The translations under genes and the position numbers were made by a program. Below are positions 52,501 to 64,000 of a stretch of 64,000 nt of DNA, in pieces; position 1 is the first letter of the stretch; each line of letters starts with the position of its first letter. The stretch comes from Azolla caroliniana (lineage: Eukaryota > Plantae > Polypodiophyta), in the NCBI GenBank assembly GCA_043228905.1, contig JBHGNT010000016.1:3658001-3722000 (forward strand). Direction: 5' to 3'. The notes below the pieces were generated by a model. It saw only the letters and a list, made by a program, of their open reading frames with translations, searched no databases and was not told the DNA's origin.

Positions 52501-55500
52501 AAGAGAGTAAAAGAACATGGAAAATGTTTAATTAAAGGCAACCTATGAGACAACTGACCTTACTTCAGGTGTGGCACAAATATGCAAAGGTACTATATGA
52601 TATCCAGAGCAGCCCCTGCTCCCCCATCCACTTGCTCAAGTTCAGGGTGTAAGAAACACCATTTATTGGTTATAATTTGGAAAGGCTCAAGTTCATGATT
52701 GATTGGTAGATGAGTGCTTTATCAATGTGCATGACATCTTGCTCCTCTTGCTATTATACATCTATAATAGAGGTATGTGTGAAGGTTTACCTGCTAGCTA
52801 GAAGAGTAACATACCATTGTGCCAATCTTCAAGAATGGATACACCATGATGCCAAACAATTATAGGACAATCATAATTGGCCGCTACTTGGCTAAAATAT
52901 GTGGCTCGATCCTAGTGTCAGAATTGAGTCTATGGACAGAAATATGTGACCCTGCGAGCTGTTGTATTTTATCAAAATTTGGAAGAAATGAAATATTTGA
53001 TAAAAGTTGTTAAATCTTTTTTGTTGACAGTTTGCGACCTCCATTAGGGGATGGACCTAGCTTTAGAGTCATTCAAGTCCTGAAACCTGAACAGGTTTTT
53101 AGTATCTTTGGATTATCTAGTTCATGCTGAACTTGCAAATTTCTGGCGGTTATAACTGGTCTATTTTTAACAGAGAGAATCTATCAAGAGATTGCATTCC
53201 CTTCTTTTCATCAAGGAGTCCGCCTCTACAATCCCAAGGAATTTGGAGGCTCGAAGACGGTTGGAGTTTTTTACAAACTCATTGTTTATGAACATGCCAC
53301 CTCCTCCACCAGTGCGGGCAATGAAGTCATTCAGGTGAAATTTTGAATAGATATTGGTTATAAAAGTAGATGATACAGAAATGGAAATTATTGATGTACA
53401 TATTGTTTTTCTTTTGTTTCAGTGTGTATACCCCATATTACAGCGAGATTGTCATGTATAGCATGGATGAACTTCGGAAAGAGAATGAGGATGGAATTTC
53501 TACGCTTTTCTACCTTCAGAAAATATTTCCAGGTGTGTGACAATTAAGAGATATAAACCAACCTTCAGCTAGAAAGATATATTAACATCTTTTAAGAGGC
53601 CAAAATGGCCTATAAGACCTAAAAAGATTCATGTTAGTGTTGTCTCGTCTTTGAGAACAACAAATCAAAATAGAATAAATATTTTGGCTAAAAGTGACTA
53701 AAGAATCTGGTTTTCTGCACATGTAAGATTCTCTTGTTCGATATATTATAATTTTTGTCTTCGAAAGGTCTTCGAATGGAGACATCTCCAAAGTGTGGAA
53801 AGCGCCTTTGTCTGTTGATGAAAAAGATGGTGAGGTCATAGTCCGTGGGAAAAGAGGAAAGATAGAGGATTTGAGAGATATAAATAGACTGGCCCATGCT
53901 CCTCGTAATCTCTGGCATAGTATAAAATCTCTGTCCCATGCCCAAAGAGTGTCGGTGATAGTGGACATTGAAAACCTCTTCTGGCACATCTACTAGGTTT
54001 TGGCTTCACCTCGTTTTGGTTCTAGTTCTGTTAGAGCTGTATTTTAGCTCATGGTATTTGGCTATTTCATGTGGCCTTGGGCGTATTCTTAACTTTACTT
54101 CAGTTCTTACAGTTCTATATCACACTAATTACTAGCATGGTCGGTATTGTTATTTAATAATCCCAGATGTTTTCATGACAATTATATCTTTTCAGATGAA
54201 TGGAAGAATTTTCTTGAAAGAATTGGTCTTATAGAAGCAACATTTGAGGCAGAATTTGAAAAAGGAGAGCTTTCACCAGATAATGTTTTAAAACTTCGAC
54301 TGTGGGCTTCCTATCGAGGACAGACACTTGCCCGAACAGGCATGTGCATATCTTGTACATTGTTGTCAGTTTATTTTGACTGAAAGTCGTCACAACCATC
54401 TTTTGATATTTGCAAGTCGTTACATGATGTTCTTAGTTCTTATCCTTGTGTGTACTTTCATTTTCATACCTTTCATCAGTACGTGGAATGATGTACTATC
54501 GAAGGGCTCTCATGTTACAAAGCTTTATAGAAAATCCAGGTATGCAATGAGTAGTGAGATGTGTAATGAATGGATCGTTCCATTTACTTACTGTGTTTCC
54601 TATGTTTTGTCAGATAATGACTCACTTGATTTTGAGAAGTCAAAACTTGCAAAGGCTTATGCAGATCTAAAGTTTGTATATGTCATAACATGTCAAATAT
54701 ATGGGCAACAAAAAGCAAAGCTAGATCCTAAAGCAGTTGACATACTGCATTTATTGAAAGAGTATGATATCAAATTTGGTCTTACTTGTGGATCCACTGC
54801 TTTACGTGTTTGGCTTTAATCTCTTTTGTTTATACTACAGGAATGAAGGGTTACGTGTGGCATACATTCACGAGGTTGATAAAGACTATTATTCTAAATT
54901 AGTGAAGAGTGATGGTGATAAAGACCAGGTATTGCTATTTGTCCTAATGGTGAGAGTATTTGGTATTTTAGAGATATTAATATAACTTTATTTTGCACAT
55001 TCTTATGCTTCATCAGGTAATCTATTCCATAAAGCTCCCTGGAAATCCCATATTAGGAGAAGGAAAACCAGAAAACCAAAACCATGCTGTAATTTTCACT
55101 CGTGGAGATGCAATTCAGACTATTGATATGAATCAGGTTCGTGGAAACACTAAATTATGTTTGATGCTCATCAGAGATACAGCATTTTGTAGATGAAAAC
55201 CATGTAGGATGATGTTATTAATCAAACAGATACATTGGGTGGATTTGTCAACCCCTTTTGTAATGACTGCTTAGCTTCAAAGTGGAATTCAAAATTTCCT
55301 TACTTCGCATTATTGTCCACATTTTGGTTACCTTCCTCATGATGGGCTAACTTTGGGATTATGGGCATCACTCTCCAATGGCAAAGACCACTTCATATTT
55401 TAACACTTCATGTTGCTACTTTAAATGCATACATATAGATTTTTTATTATAATAAAATACTAGTAAAAAATGGGTTAACTCGAGTTAATTAGAGTGCAAA

Positions 55501-58500
55501 AGGCTACAAGATGAAAGTGAGAGAAAGAAAGAAGAAAGAAGAAAGAAAGATATATTAATGTCTTTTAAGAGGCCAAAATGGCCTATAAGAAGAAAGATAT
55601 ATTAATGTCTATAAGACCAAACAAGAGATTACATCATTAAGTGTTGTCTCTTTTTTGAGAACAGATCAGAATAAATCAATGTTAGTAGTAAAAAAAGTAA
55701 ACAAGTTAAAATTAGAGACTGAAGAATCTTGCAGTGTATGTAAGATTCTCAAATCAGACATATTGTTATTTTTGTCTTCGAAAGATCTCTAGAATAAGTC
55801 GATCCAATATGGAGAGGTTTCCGAATCAAGGGAAGCACTTGCAATGGCAGGAGATAATGGCCTTTATATATCTACGTGAACAACAAATTGCTATTGCCCG
55901 ATCTATTGTTAACCCCTTTGTTATGTCCTGGCCAGGAGCCCATTTGTGTAGCCCTTGATTGACTTCTAGCATGAGTAGGAGTGATGGGGCTAAAAAAAAT
56001 TGTTATTATTTATTTGGTCTGCCAAGCTTGAGTACGTTTTGCCAGGGAGCTCCCAAAGCTGTTCGTTACATACAGGTCACTGATCAGAATAGTGCCTCGA
56101 GGACTATAAGGTGCTGCTCCTCATTATGCAAGAAATCATTGATACTAAAGGGGGTACTGATCAGAATAATACCTCACAGGGTACCTATGCTTTGCCCCTC
56201 ATTATGCAAGAAATCATTGATACTAAAGGTCTCTCTAATTCTTTCCAGTATTTGGCTTGTTAAGACTCGATCTCTGTGCTTCTACTCCATAGAGAAGAAT
56301 TGGTGTCACAAGTATATAAAATAGCCACAATTTAGTTTGTGGTTCTTAGATCTGCAAATGTGCTCATTGTCTTTCGAGACCACCAAGGGCTGCATACCCA
56401 CAAGAAAGTCAAGCAGAAGCATCCTCCCGTAAGAGAACCTATGCCCTGTAAATGTTACTCATAGGCATAGGCATGTGTAGGAGTGGGCGTGTGCTGCCTT
56501 TGCCTCTCCCCAAAATACTTCTGATTCTGATCTTGTTACCCATGCTTGACTGGTGTTAAACACCATTCAGTTATATCCATATTTAGTGACAAACATTTGT
56601 CCCTACAAAATACTTTTAAGGTGTTTACATGTCTCCTAGTCCCTCCGGAGATTCAGAAATCAACACAATATCATCAGCATGTAGTAATATTTGTGTGGCT
56701 ATACCCACTGAACATGCACCTGAACCCCCGAACCTCTCTATGTAAAATGATACCTCATCTATATAGGACCAAAGAGAGTGGGTGATTGTGGGCATTTACT
56801 CCAATTGTGCTAGCCACAGCCTTTGACAAACCATTGGGAGACCGCAGTTTTCCTAACATGGATTCATACAGTTCATAGATTCCCATTGCATATCTATAGG
56901 GAAACTGAGGGCTTCTATCCGTCTCATAAACTGCTTGTGCGCCAATGTCAAAGGCTTTTCAGAAATCCACAACACAGCAATAAATAAGTTCTCATGTTCT
57001 GGACTGTCCTCCTCAATAAGGGCTCACAGGATCAATATGTGGTCCAAAGTTGTGAAGTTCTTGTGAGATCCTGCCTTTCTATCTGAACGGCAACGATTTT
57101 GATGTCTCCAAAGTAATGACCAACCATGGTTATCCTATAGTTGCTCGGCATCATGGGTTCTCCACTCTTGAGGACTGGTGCAATGGTATGTTCTGTCCAT
57201 CTAGCTCTATTCAAACTGTGTGCTAGCAGTGGGAGCAACATGTCACGAGCATAGATGAAGTTCCCACCTACCAATTCATTGTGATTCTGGGCTCTCCCAA
57301 ATTATGATGGATCAATGGCATTTCTTACATTTTGTGGAGTATGGGTGGGGAAATGGAGGTTGACCTGGAATATCATATAATAACATTGCATATTCATGCC
57401 ACACCTGGTGGTGTGGTAGTTTGCCTCTCATTAAACATTTTCAATGCTCTTTTACTTTCTTGTCCTAAAAATATTTGATACAAATGATCTTCAAATTTAG
57501 CTAAATACAATCTCTTCATCTTCCTCACAAGGCTTTAGGCTTGTTTCTTGTATGCAAAGAGTAGACCCTACACATAAAAAGATGCTTCCCGTATACTTTT
57601 GGGACTATGTCCAATGTCCTAAACCATTAATATTAAGGTTCATGGAGATATTATAACAAAATATGATTTTCGATAGCCTATGATAGTTGTTTCTTTGATG
57701 CTACTCTCATATGCTATCACTTCCCATTCCACTCGGTTTGTACATGAAGGGATTGGTACATTATTGATTTATTGTAGAGGGAGTTTTTTGTTCATGATCA
57801 CTATTAAAAGCCATGAGATGGCACCAAAGACAATAAATTCTATATTTCCTCAAGCGTTTGAATTATTTCATGAATTTGAAAAACTCAGCTATCCAGAAAC
57901 ATATTCTGATTTTTACATTATATTTGTGTTTAAGGATAACTATTTTGAAGAGGCTCTCAAGATGCGCAATTTGCTGCAAGAGTTTGAAGAAAATCATGGG
58001 ATACGCCCTGCCACCATTTTGGGGGTTCGAGAGCATGTGTTTACTGGAAGGTACATGGCAGATAGAAAAAATTATTCTACTTTCTCTCTCTTTGGATCAC
58101 TTAGATTTTGACGTTGCTTTGGCAGTGTCTCTTCATTGGCGTGGTTTATGTCAAACCAGGAAACAAGTTTTGTCACCCTTGGACAACGAGTTTTGGCAAG
58201 ACCACTGAAGTATGTCGATTTAGAATGAAATATTGGTGTGCAATATCTTTTATTTTTCTTGTGTTATGCCTATCAAAAAATGGGTGGTTTGGCAGAGTTC
58301 GTATGCATTATGGTCACCCTGATGTCTTTGATCGAGTATTTCATCTGACAAGAGGTGGATTCAGTAAAGCTTCAAAAGTCATAAATATTAGTGAGGATAT
58401 CTTTGCAGGTTTGCTTCTCATATTCTATGCTGCATAACTGTGATGTGATGCTGAAACCTAGTAGATGCTGGATGGAAATTTGACAGGAAAATGGATTTAT

Positions 58501-61460
58501 TGTTTTCACTATGATTCTAATTGTATGATCTTATGTAGGTTTCAATTCTACATTGAGACAAGGCAATGTAACACATCATGAGTATATTCAGGTTTGCTTC
58601 TACATTTAGATATTTTCATCATAAAAGACATGAATTTTGGCCACTGCATGTGTGTCTTGATTAGATTGACTTCTAATAAGGAACATTGTATACATGTGGC
58701 CATTATCTTTGAAGTGTGCATTTGTGAAGGATGTAAATAAATGTCAAGGAATGGTGTCTACCAGGTGGGAAAGGGTCGAGATGTTGGATTAAACCAGATA
58801 GCTCTGTTTGAAGCAAAGGTGTCAAGTGGGAATGGAGAACAGTCCTTAAGTCGTGATGTCTACAGATTGGGACAATTATTAGATTTTTTTAGAATGCTTT
58901 CATTCTATGTTACTTCAGTGGGTTATTATGTCTGCACAATGGTAAAACGCAAAAGTTTTGAAGCCTGATGTAATTGGTGTTATCCATTTGGCATGACTAA
59001 ATCTATGTTTCTTTCTGATTTTTGCAGTTAACGGTGCTTGTCGTTTATGTCTTCCTTTATGGGAAGGCCTATCTGGTAAACAAAAGTTTGATTTAATTGT
59101 TTATGTGCATTTATATGATATGATAGAGTTTTCATATGATTTATGGTATTTGCAGGCTCTGTCAGGTGTTGGACAGTCATTGTCGACACTAGCATTAGTC
59201 ACAAACAATCAGGCTTTACAGAGTGCATTGAACACTCAATTCTTATTCCAAATTGGTGTTTTCACTGCTATTCCTATGCTTATGGGTTTTATTCTGGAAC
59301 AAGGTGTTTTGAAGGTATAATAAAATCTTTGATCAATGCCATCGACTATCACAAGTTAATTCCCAGTACTAATCTCATTTTCATGCCAGGCAATTGTTAG
59401 CTTTGTCACCATGCAGTTGCAGCTTTGTTCAGTATTCTTTACATTTTCATTGGGTACACGAACACACTACTTTGGCCGAACTATTTTGCATGGAGGTGCA
59501 AAGGTAAGCCAAAAAAACATTATATTTACTTTCGTTCCGTGTTGCTGTTTATTATTTATTTTCCCTTGTTGACTACTGCATGTTTTCTTCCTATATTTAG
59601 TATCGGGCAACAGGAAGAGGATTTGTAGTACAACATATAAAATTTGCTGAAAATTATCGATTGTACTCTCGCAGCCATTTCGTCAAAGCGTATACCTTCG
59701 CTGGCCTTTCAATATACGAAGTCATAGCCTAAAAGGAGATGCTAAATGCGAATTTATTGTTTTTGCAGACTGGAAATTATCATGCTTTTGCTCGTGTACC
59801 TGGCATATGGTTATGAAACATCAAGCTTAGGCTACCTTCTGCTGAGTTTCAGTAGTTGGTTTCTTGCATTATCCTGGCTTTTTGCACCATACATTTTCAA
59901 TCCATCAGGTTTTGAGTGGCAGAAGTAAGTGCATATCTTCTATTAATTCTCAAATAATTCCGACTTCTCATTATTTACTGGGCCATGCTTTCAAACCGCA
60001 GAACTGTAGATGACTTTGATGACTGGGCAAATTGGTTATTATATAGAGGTGGGGTCGGTGTGAAAGCGGATGATAGCTGGGAAACATGGTGGGAAGAAGA
60101 GCACGTAAGAAACTCCCGTCAAGCTTAGCATGAAGATTAATTTTTGTCCAGAGATAATTCAATTCATGAGTAATAGCCCTTCATATTCCGCTCCAGTTAT
60201 AAACCAGTTTGTTGGACAGCCCTTGCAAATGCCTTATGCTCAAATTATAAACCAGTTTCTAGGGGTTCCTCATAAAAGAAATTTATCAAACTCAGCACCA
60301 GTTGGTATCTGCTATCCAGAATGCAATTCATCAAATCATTTGCTTTGTTGTTTAATGCTGACTTTACATACAGCATTTGCTATATACTTGGAAGTGTAAT
60401 GATGACTTGCCATCTTCAAATGGTCTCTTTAAATCATATCTTTATTGACTTCTTAATATTTTGTTTCAGGAACATATTCGATCTATGCGAGGACGAATCC
60501 TGGAAACTATCCTCTCTGTACGGTTCTTCTTTTTTCAATATGGAGTAGTGTATCATCTCCATGCTGCTAGTGGAAATACGACCCTGACGGTAAGTAATTC
60601 TGACAATCAAGAGTATGTTGCTGCAACAAACATGTAGTTACCTTATTTTTTATTTCCCAAATAACAATGCCCGTTTTCCATTGATATCATTCATATAGGT
60701 GTATGGAGTGTCATGGCTTGTCCTTGGAGGGATTGTCCTCATATTTAAGGTAATAATAACCTTGTCTTGGGGTTGGTGTTAGTAATGCATTGTCTCACTA
60801 GTGAAAATCCCAAAGTAATGTTTTCATGAGAACAATGTATAGAAATCGTATATTATCATACTAAACTTATCTTTAACTAGTATAGATTTCTCTTACAGGT
60901 GTTCTCCTTCAATCCAAAGGCTTCCGTCAACTTTCAGATGTTTCTTCGGCTTATTCAAGGGATTGTTTTCCTTATGATTATTATGGGACTCGCCATTATT
61001 GTGGCTTTTACTCCAGTAACTGTGGGAGATCTCTTTGCAAGTATCCTTGCCCTTGTCCCAACAGGCTGGGGTATCCTCTCAGTAAGTCATTATTTTCCCT
61101 TATGAACATAATCCTGGAACACATTGCTGATTATAATGCATTTTGACACGAGGTATCCAGTCATAATTGTCCTACAATGCTAATCAATGTACTAACTAGT
61201 ACCTGTTCAATGTGTATTTGCAGATTGCAATAGCATGGAAAGATGTAGTGAATCAGTTTCGTTTGTGGACATCACTTCGTTTGATTGCACGTTTCTATGA
61301 TGCGGCAATGGGCATGGTCATATTCTTTCCCATTGCTTTTCTCTCATGGTTCCCCTTTGTATCTACTTTCCAGACACGGCTTGTGTTCAATCAAGCCTTC
61401 AGCAGAGGTTTGGAGATATCTCTTATCCTTGCTGGTAATAGACCCAATGTTCAAGTGTAG
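25558..61460 (+). CDS. CALS: Callose synthase (1,3-beta-glucan synthase, GT48), GSL8/GSL10 (CalS10/CalS9) clade, about 51 exons, apparently intact
   Basis: Exons walked by eye with consistent phases. Approximate starts: 25558, 29095, 29280, 29682, 30795, 30995, 31199, 31372, 31548, 31884, 33612, 33782, 34484, 34682, 37624, 38289, 38557, 40654, 40881, 47918, 49336, 49593, 49747, 50483, 50988, 51163, 51410, 52041, 53031, 53174, 53423, 54196, 54480, 54614, 54841, 55017, 57935, 58125, 58296, 58539, 58765, 59028, 59156, 59390, 59601, 59769, 60002, 60470, 60699, 60899, 61224. Motifs: [142 protein letters not shown]. Confidence 0.96.
26850..27400. repeat. Degenerate ~16-17 bp minisatellite with a ~195 bp higher-order duplication in CalS intron 1
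   Basis: Units like agcaYgaattgtcgaa; tatgaaacttccatga...tttagaggagt...aaacttggat at ~27117 and ~27311. Confidence 0.55.
28339..28371 (+). mobile_element. 33 bp tail-only LINE insertion with 9 bp target-site duplication
   Basis: tctgtattt(28330-28338) [tggcctcttaaaagacgttaatatatctttctt] tctgtattt(28372-28380); the insert matches the LINE 3' terminus. Confidence 0.8.
32312..32572. repeat. 87 bp unit x3 near-perfect tandem repeat (intronic)
   Basis: Units start at 32312, 32399 and 32486; one substitution seen (gagtact vs gattact). Confidence 0.95.
34846..35440 (-). mobile_element. RTEX-like LINE C-terminal fragment (subfamily 2)
   Basis: [28 protein letters not shown]...[11 protein letters not shown], homologous to the C-terminus of the 21-25 kb LINE. 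Confidence 0.85.
36627..37295 (-). mobile_element. RTEX-like LINE 3' end (subfamily 2, ~36698-37295) plus an adjacent tail-only copy (~36627-36685)
   Basis: [24 protein letters not shown], nearly identical to 34846-35256. The 3' UTR ends ggtcttataggccattttggcctcttagaagacgttaatatat(cttt)n on the minus strand, and the tail motif occurs twice. Confidence 0.88.
38648..39079. mobile_element. MITE / non-autonomous DNA transposon (hAT-like)
   Basis: TIR CAA(T/G)GGTTTGGTT at both ends, dense AACCG/CGGTT subterminal repeats, AT-rich core; possible degenerate 8 bp TSD (acaattgg / ccgattgt). Confidence 0.7.
41631..46524 (+). mobile_element. Full-length Ty1/copia LTR retrotransposon in CalS intron 19, gag-pol disrupted
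   Basis: 5' LTR 41631-41839 and 3' LTR 46306-46524, both TG...CA; TSD GGAGA on both sides; PBS TGGTATCAGAGC 41843-41854; PPT AGGTGGGAGG 46295-46304. Gag zinc knuckle ECHHCGKKG, protease [10 protein letters not shown], integrase ([21 protein letters not shown]), RT ([18 protein letters not shown]), RNase H (DADYAG, AEYVA, CDSQSA, ADLLTK). Multiple stops and frameshifts. Confidence 0.97.
46708..47590 (-). mobile_element. RTEX-like LINE 3' fragment, subfamily 3, (TTCTAA)n tail
   Basis: ORF 46804-47502 contains [12 protein letters not shown]...[30 protein letters not shown]; 3' stem-loop at 46735-46767, then (TTCTAA)3. Confidence 0.88.
48360..49190 (-). mobile_element. Possible decayed L1-like LINE ORF2 relic
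   Basis: Broken frames such as [23 protein letters not shown] resemble the post-RT region of L1 ORF2; weak. Confidence 0.3.
52500..52945 (+). mobile_element. RTEX-like LINE internal (pre-RT) relic
   Basis: [35 protein letters not shown] aligns by eye with PIHKGGDPMNPNTYRTIMIGHTLAKLYGAVMEAEL of the 21-25 kb LINE. Confidence 0.8.
53570..53995 (-). mobile_element. RTEX-like LINE 3' end (subfamily 2), probably internally deleted
   Basis: Same tail and 3' UTR as 36710-37000 (aagaggccaaaatggcctataagacc...tgttgtctcgtctttgagaacaacaaatcaaaat) and [10 protein letters not shown] peptide. Confidence 0.8.
55520..56005 (-). mobile_element. RTEX-like LINE 3' end (subfamily 2) with partly duplicated tail
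   Basis: Collinear with 36700-37180; agaaagatatattaatgtct occurs twice (~55544, ~55591). Confidence 0.85.
56079..56229. repeat. 77 bp tandem duplication
   Basis: actgatcagaata...cctcattatgcaagaaatcattgatactaaagg at 56079 and 56156. Confidence 0.85.
56400..57420 (-). mobile_element. RTEX-like LINE RT-region relic
   Basis: [47 protein letters not shown] matches IIYARECLTPLLTLIFNRA..WTMNTVTPIHKGGDPMNPNTYRTIMIGH of the 21-25 kb LINE. Confidence 0.8.
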
Positions 61461-64000
61461 AATTTCGTAATAGATCCGGTGTTCAAGCATTGAAGAAACG
61501 TGATCATGGTAGTATAACGGTTTTAATACTAGGGATGTGGATAGAGGTCTTCGATATCAACCTCACACTTTACCATGCCTTGTTGGCAACATTTTGTAAC
61601 TTCAAAGAATATTCATTTCTTGATTGCAAAAAGAAATAGTTGGAACTGTTCATAAATGCATTTGGCATACAGTACAAGTATACATTGGAATGGAAAAGTT
61701 CCTTCTCTTCTTTGTTAAGAATCTTGAGATGTACCATTGTGAAAGTGATATTATTTGCTTGATCAATCAAAGGGTCCTCTTTTGTTGATGTCAGATGGAA
61801 ACACTTGGAGCTGCTTATCTTCTCTCCTACACTTTTTTTTTGTTTTGTACTTTTAGACCCCATTTTGCCCACATCATCAACTTTGAATGCCTTCATCTAT
61901 AGAGCATCCCTTACAAAAGGCTCTCGAGTGCTTTCTTACTGTTACAAACCTCTTCAAGGAATTCAAGAAATTGTTAAAAACGTCAAGTGTATTTGTAGAG
62001 CTACCCTCAACATATGATGTTGGAGCCCCTTCACTTGGTGTTGTATCCCATAAATTTTAGTTCAAATGTTTGGTCATGCAAGTTTTGTGGTAAATGCTAA
62101 TATATCTTTTTTCCCCTAATTCTAAGGCAATGCCATGTCTCAAAGGATTCATCAATTGTTATGTGTTAAGAAATTTTCCCTTGATCACGTACACAATCAA
62201 CATAAACACATAGGTCCATTTCCATGATACCCTAGTAAGCATTGGCGACAAGCCTTACCAAACAAAATAAAAGTGTGAGGGAGACCAATGTAGTTAGGCT
62301 TTCAACTAAAGTTTGTATACAACTATTGTGTTACTCATTTAAACATGCAAAACTCAAACTTATATGTGGCCTATTATTTGCATTTTACAAAATAATGTGG
62401 CATACTATGAAATGTGTTTTGTGTGTAAACTATGGGTCAATTGCTTGCGGTTGGAATATTTCCAAGGACTTATTTCTTGACGTATCAAAACCACATTATT
62501 TTCTCTTCTTTTATGTAACAAGAAGAGGAATGGCAAATTTCATTACTAGGATCACACCCCTTCAGGTAGGTTAGACTACTAACTTGTGTAGCCCAAGCAT
62601 AAAATCTTCATTACATATGTATTGTTGTGCATAGGGCTTGGAGGTCTTTTTATACATAAAAAGATATGGATTCCTTTTTAATCTTTTAACTATAAATACT
62701 CAAGAATTTAATAATTACTTGTTCAAACATAGAGAAATTGATTGTGAGGTAGTTACACATTGTTCCAAACATTCTCCATGTAATTCAAATGATTAATTAT
62801 TAATTATTATATTTTGTAGGCGCATCCTTTATATCTAAACAATTGAATTATAAGACAACCTTGTCATTGCATCCAAGGCGATCTCAACTCGATTCTGATG
62901 GCTTAGATTGACAGCTTCGAATTCACAAAGTTCAGCTTTCAAACTTATAAGACATTTACATTTAGGCGTGAGACAAGGCGCATGCATATGCACACATTCC
63001 TTGAAGCTTGAACTAGAATGTGGGTTCGACATTCATAGCAAAGGAAACATAACGTGATATCAACGACAGAGAGTTAGTTGTGTGTGCATGCATATGTACG
63101 AGCGAAAGAGTTGACGACATAGGGGATCCGGGTGGGACAAAGAGATGGGAAAGGTGTAAATGGGATCCTAGGGAATGTTATAGTTGTTGTTTGTTTCTTT
63201 GGTGTAAGTAGTGATTTGGCTCCACTTTTTGCTTGTAATTGGCTTATTATTATGTAAACGTTATAAAATGGCTGCTAGTAATTGGGAAGGAAATCACACA
63301 CTTCTTTATGACGTTTGGGTTGTGTTGCACCAACACAATACATCCATCCCTAATGGTTATAGAGAGCTTTTTTCATCATCAATAATGCCCTTTCTAAACC
63401 ACATTAACCTTGACAAGCCGATTATATATTGGATTAGTCACATATTTATATACAAATCTATGCAATTAGATTGAAAAAACAGCATTCTTAGAGCTTTTAA
63501 ACCAACCCCCACCCCAAGAAAAAACAAATGAATGATAGTATTATTCATGCTGATGATGGTCATGTTTCCTCTTCAGAATCTCTCTTCTGCCATGACCCAC
63601 AATTTACCTCTCCACATTTGGATCGGGAAACCCTAATTATTCAGCATCATGATGATAATGACTGTAGTTATCATCGCCATCATGGTGATGATACTATAAT
63701 GATGAGCCCTCCTACCATGCACCCAAATTTAGTGATGACTCTCAAGTCCATATTACTGGCGTCCCCTGAATCCATCGATTCTTCTACGAGCATTGCTGCG
63801 ATTCCTGATCTCCCAATGACCCATTTTAGCCCCAATCCCCGAGGAAAGGTTGTGGGCGACCCCAACTATGGCGATAAATGCATTGCACGAAAGAAGCTCC
63901 ATATGACAGAAGTCAGTTTGGGTTATGGCGATAGTAATCTCAATATGAAGAATAGGAATGACGATGTGGGCGATTTTGGCTATGGAGAGAATGGAGATAC

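Noticed and set aside
52041-53094. Suspected frameshift between CalS exons 28 and 29
   Set aside because: The phase-2 donor at 52168 and the 64 nt exon 53031-53094 join in frame.
61560-64000. Short ORFs downstream of CalS, including a more GC-rich stretch at the window end
   Set aside because: No recognisable domain or splice structure; the last ~450 bp may begin a feature outside the window.

Overview
Plant nuclear DNA, probably from a fern or other seed-free vascular plant (inferred from PPR style and TE-filled introns). Left to right: (1) the 5' four coding exons of a minus-strand DHHC protein S-acyltransferase, whose first coding intron holds a tandem array of about 10 hairpin-forming units; (2) a single-exon PLS-class PPR gene ending in the E region without DYW, head-to-head with a PPR relic; (3) a TE-debris region containing a decayed 1.1 kb genomic copy of the callose synthase exon 3 to intron 4 segment; (4) a young, 5'-truncated single-ORF LINE (APE + RT + Cys/His C-terminus, RTEX-like) with one premature stop; (5) an apparently intact, about 51-exon callose synthase of the GSL8/GSL10 clade (25558-61460). 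Its introns carry a full-length Ty1/copia element (both LTRs, TSD, PBS, PPT), a MITE, tandem repeats and many 3' fragments of the same LINE group. The most notable signals are a covarying 3'-terminal stem-loop shared by three diverged LINE subfamilies, 30-60 bp tail-only LINE insertions, and the intronic hairpin array. All calls were read by eye, with no alignments or database searches run.
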